Shown: positions 63,430 to 64,000 of the stretch, piece after piece
How positions within the stretch are numbered: position 1 is the stretch's first letter
Layout: every line of letters starts with the position of its first letter
Assembly (NCBI GenBank): GCA_028534125.1
Contig: CM052817.1
Location: 18,788,001-18,852,000, forward strand
DNA from: Lama glama
Taxonomy: Eukaryota
DNA length: 64,000 nt
Reading direction: 5' to 3'
Translations under genes and position numbers: made by a program
The notes under the pieces: generated by a model
Seen by the model: only the letters and a program-made list of their open reading frames with translations
The model's database searches: none
What the model was told of the DNA's origin: nothing

Positions 63430-63625
63430 TACCTGGTTTCGGGTCCTGACTCCACCTCGTGTCTGATGTGCTTTAGGGAGTTGCTAACCTCTTCTGAATT
63501 TTACTTTACTCACCTGTAAAAATGGCATAATAATAGTTCCTACCCCAAAGCAAAGTAATAAAGCAAAACACTTAGCATGTTGCCTAGCATATAGTAAGCA
63601 TTTAGTAACTTCTACATTATAACTA
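63430..63625 (+). mobile_element. MIR SINE
   Basis: ctcacctgtaaaaatggcataataatagttcctacc...gcctagcatatagtaagca. Confidence 0.75.
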
Positions 63626-63715
63626 TTGTGAATTTCATCCTTATTAATTAACTGTTTTTTTACCCATGGAGTTCAAAGTTTGTATTTTAAGTTATATGTG
63701 TATGTATATGTATGG

Positions 63716-63719
63716 TATA

Positions 63720-63781
<62 letters not shown>

Positions 63782-63783
63782 TA
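63716..63783. repeat. Compound (TG)n(TA)n microsatellite
   Basis: Direct reading. Confidence 0.95.
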
Positions 63784-64000
63784 GTATAGTTGTTACTTAA
63801 GCATTATATTGGGGTTCTTATGATTAGAATAGAAATAAAAAACAGTGACACCTCTTCCATTTTGAGTATATAGTACTAGGATTTGACCCAACAGCCTCTT
63901 CATTCCATTCCAAGTTGTACTTTCAGCTCTAAGTACTTACATAGGTTCTCAACTTTACTAATTTTGTTTTTCACTTCTCTACATTCACTTGCTCTTATTT

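Noticed and set aside
1..64000. Prokaryotic-type systems (CRISPR, operons, defence islands) or a named host gene
   Set aside because: The sequence is mammalian, with no repeat-spacer arrays or dense ORFs. I could not match the candidate exons to any gene from memory, so no symbol is given.

Overview
This is AT-rich, repeat-dense mammalian genomic DNA, very probably from a camelid: it carries four tRNA-Ala(AGC)-derived SINEs of the vic-1 type and artiodactyl-type L1 3' ends. I can support no protein-coding exon; the ORF track is largely chance ORFs and transposon remnants. The main genic feature is a CpG-island promoter (~42230-43050) with an ATG-less first exon ending at a donor at 42475/42476 on the + strand. 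It is followed by a long intron and two candidate internal 5'-UTR exons (52991-53081, and one starting at 57691). I cannot identify the gene. The first ~41 kb looks intergenic: L1, HAL1, L2, MIR, MaLR/ERVL LTRs, an ERV-L pol remnant, hAT DNA transposons, and a small CpG-rich patch with strong donors near 18.5-18.9 kb. A 500-N gap (57980-58479) is flanked by an identical 199-bp duplicate, most likely an assembly artefact. I found no convincing new biological system. The best leads are a spliced 40-codon uORF, a MIR-derived exon ending in a recursive-splice-like site, two independent solo LTRs of one family with GAS-like motifs, and an internal inversion in an old L1. Repeat family names come from recognising consensus motifs by eye and need RepeatMasker/Dfam confirmation. 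Repeat boundaries are approximate unless TSDs are given.
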